From Octopus bimaculoides (taxonomy: Eukaryota), in contig NC_068989.1 of the NCBI RefSeq assembly GCF_001194135.2, forward strand, positions 28,340,179 to 28,375,049: DNA of 34,871 bases. The letters are read 5' to 3'. The position numbers and the translations under genes were made by a program. The notes beneath the pieces were generated by a model. The model ran no database searches and was not told the origin of the DNA. It saw nothing but the letters and a program-made list of their open reading frames with translations. Shown one piece after another: positions 12,330 through 24,366 of this stretch (positions are counted from its first letter, which is position 1; the number at the start of each line of letters is the position of its first letter).

Positions 12330-13460
12330 CATTGGATAGATGTGCAAAGGTAAAAGCCTTATCCCTTTACCAATGCCTTATCATTAATAGTAACTTGGCA
12401 GAATTTGTTTGATGTTTCTAGAGTGTTTTTGGTTGGAAACTACATGTTTTAGACACTTTGTGTAAACGGTTGCCGACGTTTGGCGGATGGTTTTATTGTG
12501 ATGACAAAGTATTTCTATTGTGAAAAGTGAATGCAGATTGCATTGGCAGATTTTGGAAGACAGATTATTTCATTTTCCGGTGAATTAGATTTAAAAATTA
12601 CAATTGAGAGAATTCTAGCAAATGTTCATTTTCTAAATGTAAACTGTAGATTTAGACGCTTAAAATATAACTGTAATGAATAGTTATTTTATATTAATAA
12701 TCACTCAGTAAAATATTCTCTAATTTAGAACGTACTGTTAATAGACGTATATTATCCTGAGCTTCAGGTGTTGCTGCTTTTATAAAGACTACGAAATTTT
12801 ATAATGAACCACATAATTGTAGTGAATTTTTCACATGGAATATGTAACCAGGAATTTAGCTACCAGATGTAGAAATTTAAACAGGAAAGCTCTTTGGTTT
12901 AATCATGCTTTTAACTTGAATGTTCATACAATATAACAAATGAATTTCTTAAGTCGGCTTTATTTCATAGATATAAAATCTTTCATAGAAATTCTATTGA
13001 AGTTTACAACTCTTGTTTCAAAACTTTCACAAGTTCTATCAATTCCACTAATTCAAAACATCAGTCAAACATTGGTAACATTATCTTGTAACTGTATGGA
13101 CTCTTTTAAGTGTCCGCTTAATGGAAATCATCTTGCGAGTTTATACTGTGGCAAGGTAGAAATGAATGCTGATTTCAGACCAGCATACTACATTGGGTCG
13201 ACGACAAATGTGTTTAAGACAAATATTGTTCACACACATATTTACGAGTCAAATGTCCTATGATTTTTTTTTTTGTTGTTCAGTTTGATATTGTATATCT
13301 TTATCCCTCTGCCACTACTAAGCGGGTGATTTTCAATTTCTGTTATATTTTGGTATAGAAAGTAACTTGTAAAAATAGTTTTACTAAAACATGAACTACT
13401 TGCAAATATTGTAACAAGAAATAATCTTCGTTGCCAACTTTGCTGGAATGACAAGGTTAG
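12330..13460 (+). mobile_element. Highly decayed Naiad-like Penelope-like element (RT core, thumb and GIY-YIG)
   Basis: Frame-broken translations LFDV..LVGNYM, GWFYCDDK (compare GLYRDDG), RKALWFN, SCNC....CPLNG, YYIGSTTNVFK and RCQLC occur in the expected order. Confidence 0.75.
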
Positions 13461-14717
13461 TGGATATTCAAGATATATATGTGTTTGCATTAAGCAAAAT
13501 ATCAGATATAGAATTTTCTGCAGAAAGCTCTACCATAGAATTTCAACACAAAGTTTCCAATACTCACATGCATTCTACTTCTCTTTTCTTTTCGTTTTTT
13601 ACTTCTGGTGTGTTATTTTTTTTATCCTCTACTAGATCCCTTTCTTGTTGCATTGAGCAGGGGAAGGTAGGGTTTCAACCTGTTTATCATATTTATAAAT
13701 AGGCTTCCCAATAAAGAAATACTTCTATAAAAGCATTTTGAAAGCTAGTAATAATTTTTTTTCTTTTTCTGTCTATTCCACTGGCCCCATTGTTGTATCA
13801 AAGTAACATCAAGCAGTATTTTTCCAACTTGGGCAGCGAAAATTTGTCTCATGGTGCTATTATGAAGAAACCATCACATTTTTCAACTTTTAAAGTGCCA
13901 AGATGAAGGTAATGACGTGAAAACGAGCCTTTTAGATGATCAATTTATTCATCTTATTCAGCCCAACAACTTTTGATAATTGCCTTTGAGATATATTAAT
14001 CGTCAGGGCGAAGCTGTGTCCGACAGAAGATTCACATTTTGTTTTGTTATCATTGAGGCATGACGAGCTTCGACGTTGACATTTGGGACGTATTTGTCTG
14101 TTTGGGTTAAGTTTTTGAGACAAAACCGTCACCGAGTTCTCTGCATGTAAACAAGGCTAACAGATCTGTATTCGTCTGTTTTTTGTTTTTGTTTTTGTTT
14201 TTTTTTGTTAATATATTTATCTCTGAGTAAACGTATGAATTGTTCACTCTGTGTTAGTTCGAAAAATAAAAGAAATAGTTTTGTTTTGGCTTTTGCTTCG
14301 TTTGTGACACGTGTTTTCATATGCGTGAATGTGTGTCCTGTAAATTTCACATAGTTGTGTAAACATTGAGATGTATGTGTAGTCCTATGGGCATCAAAAT
14401 GTATATATGATTGTGTATACATTCGAGTGTATACGTAATTACTCAATTTATGTATTTACTGTTTTGTTCCATTTCTGTTTTATAATTTGTAAACTTTCCG
14501 GTGTTGATTTCGCGTGTGTGTTTCGCACATGTTTCCCTGAGACATCATGTATAGGAGAAACTGTGCTTTGTATGGCAGTAAAATTTCCTTTTTTTTTTAT
14601 ATTATTTTCGTTAAAAGACCGCTTCCTTCAAGTCTTCCACAGGTCCCTTTATCCAATTCCAACGATGTTATTAGATTAGATTTGTCTTTGAATGGGGAGC
14701 CCGGTGTAGCACATCCC

Positions 14718-14790
14718 TGTTGTTATTCAGCGCGGGGCTATTCTTATTCAACGCGGGGCTATTTGTTATTCAGCGCGATGCTATTCTGTT
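14718..14790. repeat. Short minisatellite, ~21-22-bp unit x3.5, grading into (ATT)n(AGT)n
   Basis: tgttattcagcgcgggg / cttattcaacgcgggg / tgttattcagcgcgatg, separated by ctatt. Confidence 0.8.
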
Positions 14791-14810
14791 ATTATTATTA
14801 TTATTATTAT

Positions 14811-14849
<39 letters not shown>

Positions 14850-14886
14850 CATCGTCATCATCTTTATTATTATTACTATTATTATT

Positions 14887-15103
14887 AAGGCAGTGAGCTG
14901 GCAAAATCGTTAGCACGTCGGGCGAAATGCTTAGCGGTATCACGTCTGCCGCCACGCTCTGGGTTCAAATTCCGCCGAGGTCAGCTTTGTCTTTCATCCT
15001 TTGGGAGTCGATAAATTAAGTATCAGTTGAGTACTGGGGTCGATATGACCAACTATCCCCCACCACACAAATTTCAGGCCTTGTGCCTATATTAGAAAGG
15101 ATC
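14887..15103 (+). mobile_element. Family B SINE, full length, flanked by (ATT)n on both sides
   Basis: A-box-like tggcaaaatcgttag, B-box gggttcaaattcc, ctggggtcgat motif, and an agaaagg end followed by (ATT)n. Confidence 0.9.
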
Positions 15104-15120
15104 ATTATTATTATTATTAT

Positions 15121-16910
15121 CTTCATTAACATCTTTCAATTAAGTTTCCATTTCTTTCTGACTGTCCTCCTGAAACCGAGGGAAGAGATACGGACTGTAT
15201 ACATAGGTAGGCCATTAAAATAAATGCACCAGAATTTTCATTTACAAAGTCATGTGATAGAGATAAATGGGAAGACAGAGAGAAAAAAGGAAAAAATAAA
15301 GAAAGTAAACAAATAAAATAAAGGGAATAAAAAGGAAAGAAAATTCACAGCGACAATGCTCTTCTCAATACGTGTGACGTAACAGTTAAGACAATCTCTT
15401 GCACTTCCTGCATGGATGGTAAGCCTGGGGTCATTCTTAAATAATTTCCAGTTCCTTTTTTGATCATTCCAAGTACTCCTACAATCACTGTTATTGTAAC
15501 CGTCTTGAGATGCCACACATTTTCGATTTCGATTAACAAATCTTTCTATTTTCTGAGCTTATCAAATTCTTTTGCCGAGATATTATGGTCACAGGGTATG
15601 TTCATGTCAATCAATAAACAAACTTTATTGTTTTGGTCTTTCACAACAATATCTGGTTTATTTGCTTTGATGGTCTGGTCTGTACATACTGGGAAGTCCC
15701 AAAGAATCATTACATTTTCTTCCTCAGGGTGGTGCTTGTACCATTTGTCGGTAGTTTTGATTTTATAATGCTGACACATTATCCAATGTAGATATTGGCC
15801 AACTTTGTCATGCCTTGAATTGTACTCTGCAGATGCTAAAACCTTACATCCAGAGATTAGGCGGTTAACTATTTCAACCCATCGTTGCAGTATTGGCAGT
15901 CTGAGTCTACACAATTTTTCATCACATTGGCTTCATAGTTCCGGGTCAATAAGCTCTGATCTTGGGCATCAAAGATAAAGCCTTCACTCTCTGCCTTTAG
16001 CCCTGAGCTCCGTAGCCACTGATGGTCTACATCGGCTTGTTTGCTACGGGCCACATATTTGCCATGAAGAAGTTTTTGTTCCCATCTATCAGCCAATTGT
16101 TCGACCTTGGTATCATGCATTAATTCACTTGAAAATTATTTGCTTTCCTTCATAACAGAATGAAGCTTCTTACGTCTTTCATTGTTTTCAACGAGCTTTA
16201 GCATCCAGTTGTTAGATGCTTCAAGATATTTTGCCAGGCCAATTGTCGTGGTTTTGTTGGAGATTTCAAATTTGATGAAGCCTCGATCTGCGTCTGCCTT
16301 TGGGTGGTGCATCTTATTGCAAGTCGGTAGCTTACGGATTTTCCTGTCAATTTTCCTAATTTCGCTCATATTCCACTTCAACACATTGAAACTGTAAATA
16401 ACAACCGGAACTGCTAAGGAATTTATAGCCTTGCTACGTGCATTTACCTCGGATTTTAGGACTGCTCGAACTCTCCTGTAACACTCCTTCCTGATTTTCT
16501 CTTTCATACTTGCATGCTGAGTGTCAGAGCTCTCATTTATTCCGAAGTATTTGCAGTTTGTTCCTGCTTGTGTTCTTTTATGACTGTGTCAACATCCAAC
16601 ACCACAGAATGTGAGGTCTTCAATTTCTCTTACTGGGAAGTGGCCTTGGCACATTTATCAAGACCAAATTCCATCCCGATGTCATCACTGAATACTCTCA
16701 CAGTACGAAGTAGTCTTTCAAGCTCATTATCGTCTTTGTCATAGAGTTTTAAGTCATCCATATAAAGTAGATGACTTATCCATACTCTGTTCTGTTAAGT
16801 TCACTTGTAATGGGTATTAGAGCTACGCAGAAAATTAAAGGTGAAAGTGAGTCACCTTGGAAAATGCCGCAGTTGATATTAATATTTTTTATGACCATTA
16901 GAGCGGTATC
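15121..16910 (-). mobile_element. 5'-truncated, decayed R4/Dong-clade non-LTR retrotransposon (RT C-half, zinc knuckle, restriction-like endonuclease, 3' UTR)
   Basis: GIFQGDSLSPL, HLLYMDDLKLY (~16745-16775), AINSLAVPV, CQYC...(H>R)LISGC, RHDKVGQYLHW, KPDIVVKD, LIDMNIP..KE and VLRRALSL*. (TAA)n lies on both flanks in element sense. Multiple frameshifts. Confidence 0.9.
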
Positions 16911-16917
16911 ATTATTA

Positions 16918-16971
<54 letters not shown>

Positions 16972-16980
16972 TCAATACTC

Positions 16981-17165
16981 AAGGTGACAAGTTAGAGCAT
17001 CGGGAAAAATGTCTGGGTGTATTTCTTCTGGAATTTTTGCATTGCGTTCAAATACTTCCGAGATTAACTTTACCTTTAATTCTTTCGGGACCGATGAAAT
17101 TAAGTAGTAGTCAAGTATTGGAGCCGATAGTATACATTAACCTCCTCCCCTCAAAACTTTGCTTT
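16981..17165 (+). mobile_element. Decayed family B SINE
   Basis: aaggtgacaagttag..gggaaaaatg, gcgttcaaatacttccgag and actttacctttaattctttcggg align to the 14887 copy. Confidence 0.7.
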
Positions 17166-17739
17166 GACCTTTAAATCATTTAGTTTGATTACTGACAAAA
17201 GTATACAACCCGATCTTTTAATGAGACTTTAGTCTTGTCTTCCGGGTCTTGTCTTGCCAGAAGGTAATATCTTTTATATCGCTTGGACAAGCTAATAGGC
17301 GAGACTTGATGTCCCAGTCAACTTAAACTTTATAACTTATGTGAAGTGTGTCTGTGTGGGGGAGGTGGTTGTGTGTATGTACGTGTAATAGAATGTTTAT
17401 AACAGAAAAATTGTGTCCAGACAGTTATAAAATATTTCTTAGACTTGTTAGATTTAACGGAATATATACAACAGCACATTTGCAGTGGAATCATGATTCT
17501 TTGTTCTTTTATAACAGAATATTTGTAACAAAAGATCAGAAACTAACGTAATATTTACATCATCAAGAGAAGATCAGTCGCCAATGTCACAAATTTGTAA
17601 CATAAAAGGATGATTTGTTACAGAAAATTGGTGGCTGAATATTTATAAGTTAAACTCTGTCACAGAAGAGTTTTAATGTCTGAAGTAATGTCTAAGATAT
17701 TGATTTCTAGTGTAGACATAGGGCAAGAACACAGCTTTT

Positions 17740-17860
17740 GGTCGGTGAAATATTGTAGTCGATTACACAGATCATAATGCTTGACTAGTATGATTAATCT
17801 ATCGGTTCTAGAAGAATGAAAAGCAACGTCAAGCTCGGCGAGATTCGAACTCAATTTAAT
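17740..17860 (-). mobile_element. Decayed family B SINE fragment
   Basis: Reverse complement gagttcgaatctcgccgagcttgacgttgcttttcattc...gtaatcgact. Confidence 0.65.
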
Positions 17861-18007
17861 GATTTCAACATGGTTATTTACTATTGCAATCATTTAGAAT
17901 ATTAGTTGCTCATGTCGATAAAGTTTGTTTTCGTAACTTTCTTGTTCTTTGGAGCTATATTTATCGAATGGTTATATTACATGTTGAAATCAGTAAACTG
18001 ACAGTGA

Positions 18008-18076
<69 letters not shown>

Positions 18077-18169
18077 CCTAAGGGAGATCCAATAGACCGA
18101 AATCACGTGAAATAGAAATTATGACGCCCATGACAGACGAATTTCGTTTGCTACAATCTAAGTGTCTGC

Positions 18170-18560
18170 TTTTATACACTACCCGCCTAAACGAGAGAAT
18201 CTTTTAAATAAGACCCTAATTCTTGCAAGGAAGTGCGCACTTATTTCCCGATCTGAAATCAACATCATCCTGGCGACTAGGGAAACACTTTTATGCTTCA
18301 ATAATAATTACTGATCACGCAACTAGTCTGTGGATATATTTGATATAACCATGGGCTCATCCGACTCCACCCAGCTTACTAACCTGGTCCGTTACTTCCT
18401 TCTTTTCCCAAATCAACCAATACTTCCCCAACCACTCCGGAGGTCTGTACAAGGATGATGCACTTCTTATAGCCACCGGTTTATCTCAACTGTCAGTTGA
18501 ACGCATCTAGAAAGACTTCCATAGATACTTTAGTCAGTGCTCGCTTTTAATTATAGTAAT
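18170..18560 (+). mobile_element. Naiad-like PLE reverse transcriptase core fragment (pseudogenised)
   Basis: LLNKTLILA..EINII..R.TLL, FDITMGSSDS (compare FDVTMGSYDG) and GLYKDDAL (compare GLYRDDGL), with stops. Confidence 0.8.
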
Positions 18561-18979
18561 ATATCCATATACCCAGTATATTATTAGCCTGACCCATTAT
18601 GCAACTATTTTCGCTATAGCGACTCCAAGCGTTTTTAGCGGAGTTCACATTTCGCTTATGGAGGTTCTCCGGTTATTTACACTATTCTTGTTACCAGTAA
18701 CTGCTTGATTTGGAATCATATTTCAATTCATATTCTCCTTTATTTCGTTCCTGTTTATAATCCAACGAAGCGAACTCAAGATTTATCCATCGGATGAAAT
18801 ATATTGGGATTGTACCAAGTTATACCTTGCCATTGGATGTGGTTAGCCAGAACTTTGATAGTACTAGAATGTTTGAATTGTACCTGCTTGGATCTATTAT
18901 CTCGATTTATTCACTATACATATACTCAAATTTTTCCTGAGCACTTAAAGCAGTCTACCTGCATATAGAGAAGCTTACC

Positions 18980-19800
18980 ATAAATGCATCTTTTAAGGAT
19001 ATTTCATTACTAGCCAAAAAAGAATACCGAAAAAACTTTTTTGATAAAACCAATTCTTTTATACGCCACATCAAGGAACGCGCATATCAGTTCGATCGGG
19101 AAGAAAATAAAAAAGACCAGACCAACAACGACGAGGATTTGCAGCATTTATTTAAATCTCGGAAGGTTCCACCACCTTATCCTCGACTGGCCAGATTTAA
19201 AGAACTCTGCATTAAATGCCACCGTTTCCCTCTACCAACACTTGAAGAAATTGTACACATTAGTGAAAGAACTAATTCTAGTACACGCGGACATAATCGG
19301 TTATATATACCTCTTAGATTTTAATCTATACAACTCTTTAATTAAAAAAGATAACCTGAAAAACTATAAAATAACACATAAAAATACCCTAATTTAGACT
19401 TATAGGCTAAAAAGGTAGTGGAGAGGTTCAATTTAAAGGACAGAGCTGAACCTCCCTAGAACCCCTAGAATCAACCTGAAAGACCATAAGCCTAATTCTC
19501 CCCACCTATCCATTCCTCAGACTGGTAGATGCATGCCTCTGTCTCGGATTCAGGCAAAATTAGTAAATATATCATTGGTAAATACCTACACAAACTAAAG
19601 AATACGGTTAAACTTAACTTATGGTCCAGTTCTTACGAAGTAATAGAATGATTCACTGATATTAAGGATAGAAAAAAATATGACAAATTCATTCAATAAT
19701 TAGCCATTACACATCTTCTCAACTAAGCACTGATATTTGCTTTGAGAAACTCTAGTTTATCCAAAGTAGACATAAAATTAGTAGCTAGAAAATTCGTTAT
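18980..19800 (+). mobile_element. Naiad-like PLE ORF N-terminus to early RT (pseudogenised), a different family from 18170-18560
   Basis: SFKDI..KEY..DKTNSFIRHIK, RFNLKDRAE, LKDHKPN, GKISKYII, LNLW..VIE*F.DIKD, FIQ and LLN*ALIFA. Confidence 0.75.
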
Positions 19801-19984
19801 TGAATGTTTTGGGATCCTGCCTGGATCTATTATCCTTGTCTATTCACTATATATATATATCAATATATATAATGTATATATTAATGTGTGTGTGTGTGAG
19901 AGAGAGAGAGGGAGGGAGTGTACGACAATGATGACTGCTGTTCAATCAACTGAATTATCTACTCTTGAATTAATATTTAAGAGG

Positions 19985-20205
19985 TTGACTATTCTACAAG
20001 TTAATTCTCAAGCAGTATCAGTGTGGCATAAGCCATCCTAGAAGCTTCTATAATTTGCATCTCTTTAATTTCTTCCCAAGGTATGAGTCAATCTGAGGCT
20101 TTATAGGAAAAGACATTTGCCTAAGATGCCTCTCAATGGGATTGAATCTGAGATCTCATTGTTATCAATCGAGCTTATTAACCATTCGACCATATTGTGC
20201 CGACA
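19985..20205 (-). mobile_element. tRNA-derived CORE-like SINE (family A-related), decayed
   Basis: Reverse complement has A-box-like tggtcgaatgg, B-box-like gattcaatcc and CORE-like catcttaggcaaatgtctt. Confidence 0.7.
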
Positions 20206-20224
20206 GATAGACACGCACACACAA

Positions 20225-20258
<34 letters not shown>

Positions 20259-20756
20259 GTGTTTGCCTGCGTATATGTATGTGCATGTGTTCATATGTGT
20301 CGCGAGTTCACTTTCTGTCTATTAAAGTATACATACCAATACGTATTTTTGTATTTTTTCCGGCTATTGACTGAGCCAGATATTACTTTTGTCGTGAATA
20401 AGATTTTCTTTATGTTGTTTATAGTATTTTCACATCTACATATGTGTTTCAATATTTGTCGAAGAACAGGAAATGTTGTCACAAAACTATTCCAACCACA
20501 GTTGCCGACGAAGCAAGTTCATTAAACCCATTTTTGTAAAGGTATTGACCGGTTGCACATATAGAAAGTTTTAATATATCTAGACAGCACGCTGCAAATA
20601 ACAAATTAGAATTCTATCGCAGCGTTGGAGATTGTGGTGGAGTTTTTTGTGTAATTTGGTCTCTATGATATATACAATATGCTTTGTTAATATTTGTTTT
20701 TGTCTTTATATTATTATACAGCCAATGGCAATTTACTTTATCCTTAACTTTTGCAG

Positions 20757-20895
20757 CCGAGCTTCTCTTCCTGCTCTGGGGAGTACGATTATGTATTGTT
20801 GTACGAAAAGCACCGTCTGAATTCAACGAAAGTCGGTTTATAAGTTGGGCCATATACAACGAAACTTTACTTTCATTATTTTTAAATGTTTCCAT
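20757..20895 (+). CDS. GPR158-like: Exon of the GPR158/GPR179-family GPCR (TM5-ICL3-TM6)
   Basis: ttttgcAG acceptor and GTaagt donor, phase 1-2. Reads AELLFLLWGVRLCIVVRKAPSEFNESRFISWAIYNETLLSLFLNVS(M), which resembles recalled GPR158 AEFLFLLWGVYLCYAVRTVPSAFHEPRY and has the class C P-x-x-FNE loop motif. Confidence 0.93.
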
Positions 20896-21076
20896 GTAAG
20901 TACTTTTATATTGTCTTAAAGTACACACTGTCAAATTATAGTGTGTAGAAAACACATATATCCGAGTTTTATTCCACTTCCCAGTACCTTGAGGAAGTGC
21001 CTTCTATGATAAACTTGTTAATAAAACTTGACCGGTGCACAGATAAGTAGATAGACAGATGCATACATACTTACAA

Positions 21077-21142
<66 letters not shown>

Positions 21143-22291
21143 NNNNNNNNNNNNNNNNNNNNNNNNNNNNNNNNNNNNNNNNNNNNNNNNNNNNNNNNNN
21201 NNNNNNNNNNNNNNNNNNNNNNNNNNNNNNNNNNNNNNNNNNNNNNNNNNNNNNNNNNNNNNNNNNNNNNNNNNNNNNNNNNNNNNNNNNNNNNNNNNNN
21301 NNNNNNNNNNNNNNNNNNNNNNNNNNNNNNNNNNNNNNNNNNNNNNNNNNNNNNNNNNNNNNNNNNNNNNNNNNNNNNNNNNATATATATATATATATAT
21401 ATACAGGATAGTTGTTTAACATTGTAGACAGTAGTAATACTAAATAATTGAGGATAGATTTTCTGATTGTGGAAACTCGTTCTCTTAGGCTAGTGGGAAG
21501 TTGTATTAAAACCTACCACAGTATTGATATCCATAATTCCATTCATGCTATGCGATAAAATTTCCATAAGTATGTAAGTGAAATGGGAGAATGCAAGATA
21601 TTAGTGAAGGTTCTCATTGTTAAATGGTAAGTAGAAAAGTTCTCAAAGTGGAATAAGTAAGCTTGCCGCGAAAAAGTGCAGAGAGCTGATATTACGATGA
21701 AAAAACATTTTCCAGTGGGTGAAGTCGCTACCTTTCGACCACCCCACTTCCTCATGTCTTAAACTAATTTATTCTACTGGAAGGCCACCTACCCTAGATA
21801 TCACACGTACTCATTGGTAAACTAATCTATTTTACTGGAAGAGCCCTGTATCAAACCACCCTTTCCTTAAAATTAACTCGAGAGAAAATTAACCCTAGCT
21901 TTTTATAAGATCAACATTTTGATTTTGAAGGAATATCCTATACATATATGTTACAATAAGGAAATTACCTTTCAAGCGCCTCCCTCATTCTTACGCGTTT
22001 CGCGGAACATTATGTTACGGATTTCTCATATTCGTAAAAGAATCACCACAATAATTTGATGCAAAATACATGATAACACCAAAATAAACCATATACATTT
22101 ACCAAAAGAATTCACAAGTAATTCATTGTTGTTTTGCATTTTTTTAAGACATCATCTGGGGTTCCTTTTACTGATTTATTACTTTGCGTTGTACTTTGAA
22201 ATTCAGCTTTTCAAAAATAGTATCCATGTAATATCCATGCTTGAAAAATCTAGCCAAAAACTTTTACTTTTACATCAGTATATCCACAACT

Positions 22292-22560
22292 GAGGCGCGT
22301 GGCTTAGTGGTTAGGGTGTCAGCATCATGATCGTAATATTGTAGTTTCGAATCCTGGACCGGGCGACGCGTTGTGTTCTTGAGCAAAACACTTCATTTCA
22401 CGTTGCTCCAATCCACTCAGCTGGCAAAAATGAGTAGCGCTGTGATGGACTGGCGTCACGTCCAGCTGGGAGACACATACGCCACAGAAACCGGGAAACC
22501 GGGCCCATGAGCCTGGCTAGGCTTTAAAAGGGCGCATTTATTATTTTTTTTTTTTCATAT
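22292..22560 (+). mobile_element. tRNA-derived SINE (family C), full length, with an imperfect 13-bp TSD
   Basis: A box tggcttagtgg, B box gtttcgaatcc, CORE-like tgtgttcttgagcaaaacactt and gatggactggcgtcacgtccag segment, T-rich tail. TSD tatatc(c/t)acaa(c/t)t at 22279-22291 and 22561-22573. Confidence 0.88.
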
Positions 22561-23084
22561 TATATCTACAATTATTCCATTCGATGAAGAACCCTGTCTG
22601 ACACGTCAAATCTCCTCTATATGCATAGGATAATCCTTCAACATCACAAACTACCTTACTCCACTTCCATGGGGACCTTAAGAAGACAAAGTTAAAACGT
22701 TTAATAATTTTGCACTGTTATAAAATCTTGTACTTATAAGGGAAATGAATAATTTTTAACATTCATACTTTTACTCCAGAAACATCACTGGTGTAATGAG
22801 TTTTTTTTTACCGCAAATTAAAACCATAGAGAAGGATTGTCCGGATATTACTTTTATGCTACAGCGTTCTACGTGAACTACTGATATTGCGATGGGTTGA
22901 TAAAGCCACTGTGTTTTAGGACAATGGGAAACAAGTAAGATATTAATTGCATCCTTCTCAAGCATAAATCAACTGAAAATGCTGTCTACAGATAATTTAA
23001 ATCACAAAGCAGACTCTCCCCCACTTGAAATCCACTTCTAATTCTATATTTAAACTATTGACTAGATACAAAAAATTCGTTCCA

Positions 23085-23230
23085 TTATGTGACAAATCTA
23101 CCCCAAATTATTTCGCCTTTCATCTTTCGGAGCCAAGAAAATAGAGCACCAATAATATTTTGGGGCCAATATAATTAACTATATTCACTTCGTGTGTATA
23201 TGTGGCCTTATGTCTGGATTAGAAATCAAT
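23085..23230 (+). mobile_element. Decayed family B SINE remnant (a similar remnant lies at ~5920-6030)
   Basis: ttcgcctttcatctttcggagcc...ttggggccaatataattaact...ggccttatgtc. Confidence 0.55.
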
Positions 23231-23538
23231 ATATAGTATAGACGAAATGCAAATTCAACCACCGAACGGCTTGAATACACGACATGGAGGGCAGACTTTT
23301 TTCCCCAACAATCATGCTCACTTACTTTTCCAGTTTCCCTCTTTATCTTCATACTCGCCTTCCCTCACACTCTCGCCGCTTCTCCTTCCTACTTTTATTT
23401 ACTCTGTTGCCACACTTCCTTCTACTCTTACACACACATACCTCGAACCTACTAAAGTATTTAAAACTCTAATGTAAATATATTTTTCATTTAATATCTC
23501 TCCTCATATGTAATTTTAATTCTGTTTCTATTTGAAAG

Positions 23539-23650
23539 GATATTTTTCCAGGATCCATTCCCATCTAATCCTGATCTACTTTATCTTGTCGTCTTCATAC
23601 ATTCACAACTTACAACAACAGTGACATTGGCTTTTCTCTTTGGAAGCAAG
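23539..23650 (+). CDS. GPR158-like: Exon of the GPR158/GPR179-family GPCR (ECL3-TM7)
   Basis: tttgaaAG acceptor and GTaaga donor, phase 2-0. AT|G completes Met, then IFFQDPFPSNPDLLYLVVFIHSQLTTTVTLAFLFGSK, matching the family's TM7 (F-x-H-T/S-H/Q-L-T-x-T). Not in the ORF track. Confidence 0.9.
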
Positions 23651-24366
23651 GTAAGAACACTAATAATCTATTTTAATAATGCCTAATATACGTACTACGT
23701 TTGAAGCAAGTTGAAGTAAACTTACTGCCAGAAGTAAACTTGAAACAACACCAGTGTTTCTGTTTACAATGCAATGTTCAAATTATTTCCGTATGTAGAA
23801 CTTAGAGAGAAATTCAAAAACAAGACTGAACTAATAATCTATTTTTCAAACAAGACTGTCTGAATTAGCTTACGTTTCATCAGCGAGTTGAGGTTATTTT
23901 GCAACATAACTTTATAATTTTGTTGTTTTCTTTCTATCCACATACACCTTGTAGTCATATCAACATTCAAAAGTCCGAGTTTAAAATTTTCTGAGTTTGC
24001 GTTTCTTTATTGAACCTATTTGGATTCTTGTGAGAAGATACCAGGTTTCTTCTTGACTGATTCTCATATGATGACGGTGCATTTATGTGTTATTGCACTA
24101 CCAGCAATGGATGATATACATACTGCCTGAATATATTCCAGCGATATGTAATCTCCATAATGACGGAAATTGGGAGAAAGATTAGTTCTTTTTTTTTTAC
24201 ATGGAATCGACATGCTGGAATAGCTTTTCCAACTGGGTTGAAGAGTTTTAGCTTCTGTTGTAGTTACCATGGTAGTGGTGATGGTGAAGTCAACTATACA
24301 ACCTCGCATCAGTGAGAATACAATGCTTTCTGATCTCCAGACTTTGTGAGTAGCAATATATGTATA

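Noticed and set aside
13277-13312. QFDIVYLYPS, resembling PLE RT motif A, inside the endonuclease remnant
   Set aside because: Too short and out of domain order to separate from chance without an alignment.
14718-14790. Short repeats resembling a CRISPR array
   Set aside because: Eukaryotic context, no unique spacers; an ordinary minisatellite.
21400-21850. Possible second DNA transposon end (repeated aaactaat.tatt.tactggaag, gccctgta)
   Set aside because: No matching opposite TIR or transposase motif is visible; the other end may be in the gap.
22292-22365. tRNA gene
   Set aside because: A and B boxes are present, but the sequence continues into a SINE body with a tail and TSD; it is a tRNA-derived SINE head.
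24200-24350. Possible next GPCR exon (donor-like ttt|gtgagt near 24345)
   Set aside because: The phase-0 acceptors I tried hit early stops or gave no recognisable post-TM7 similarity.
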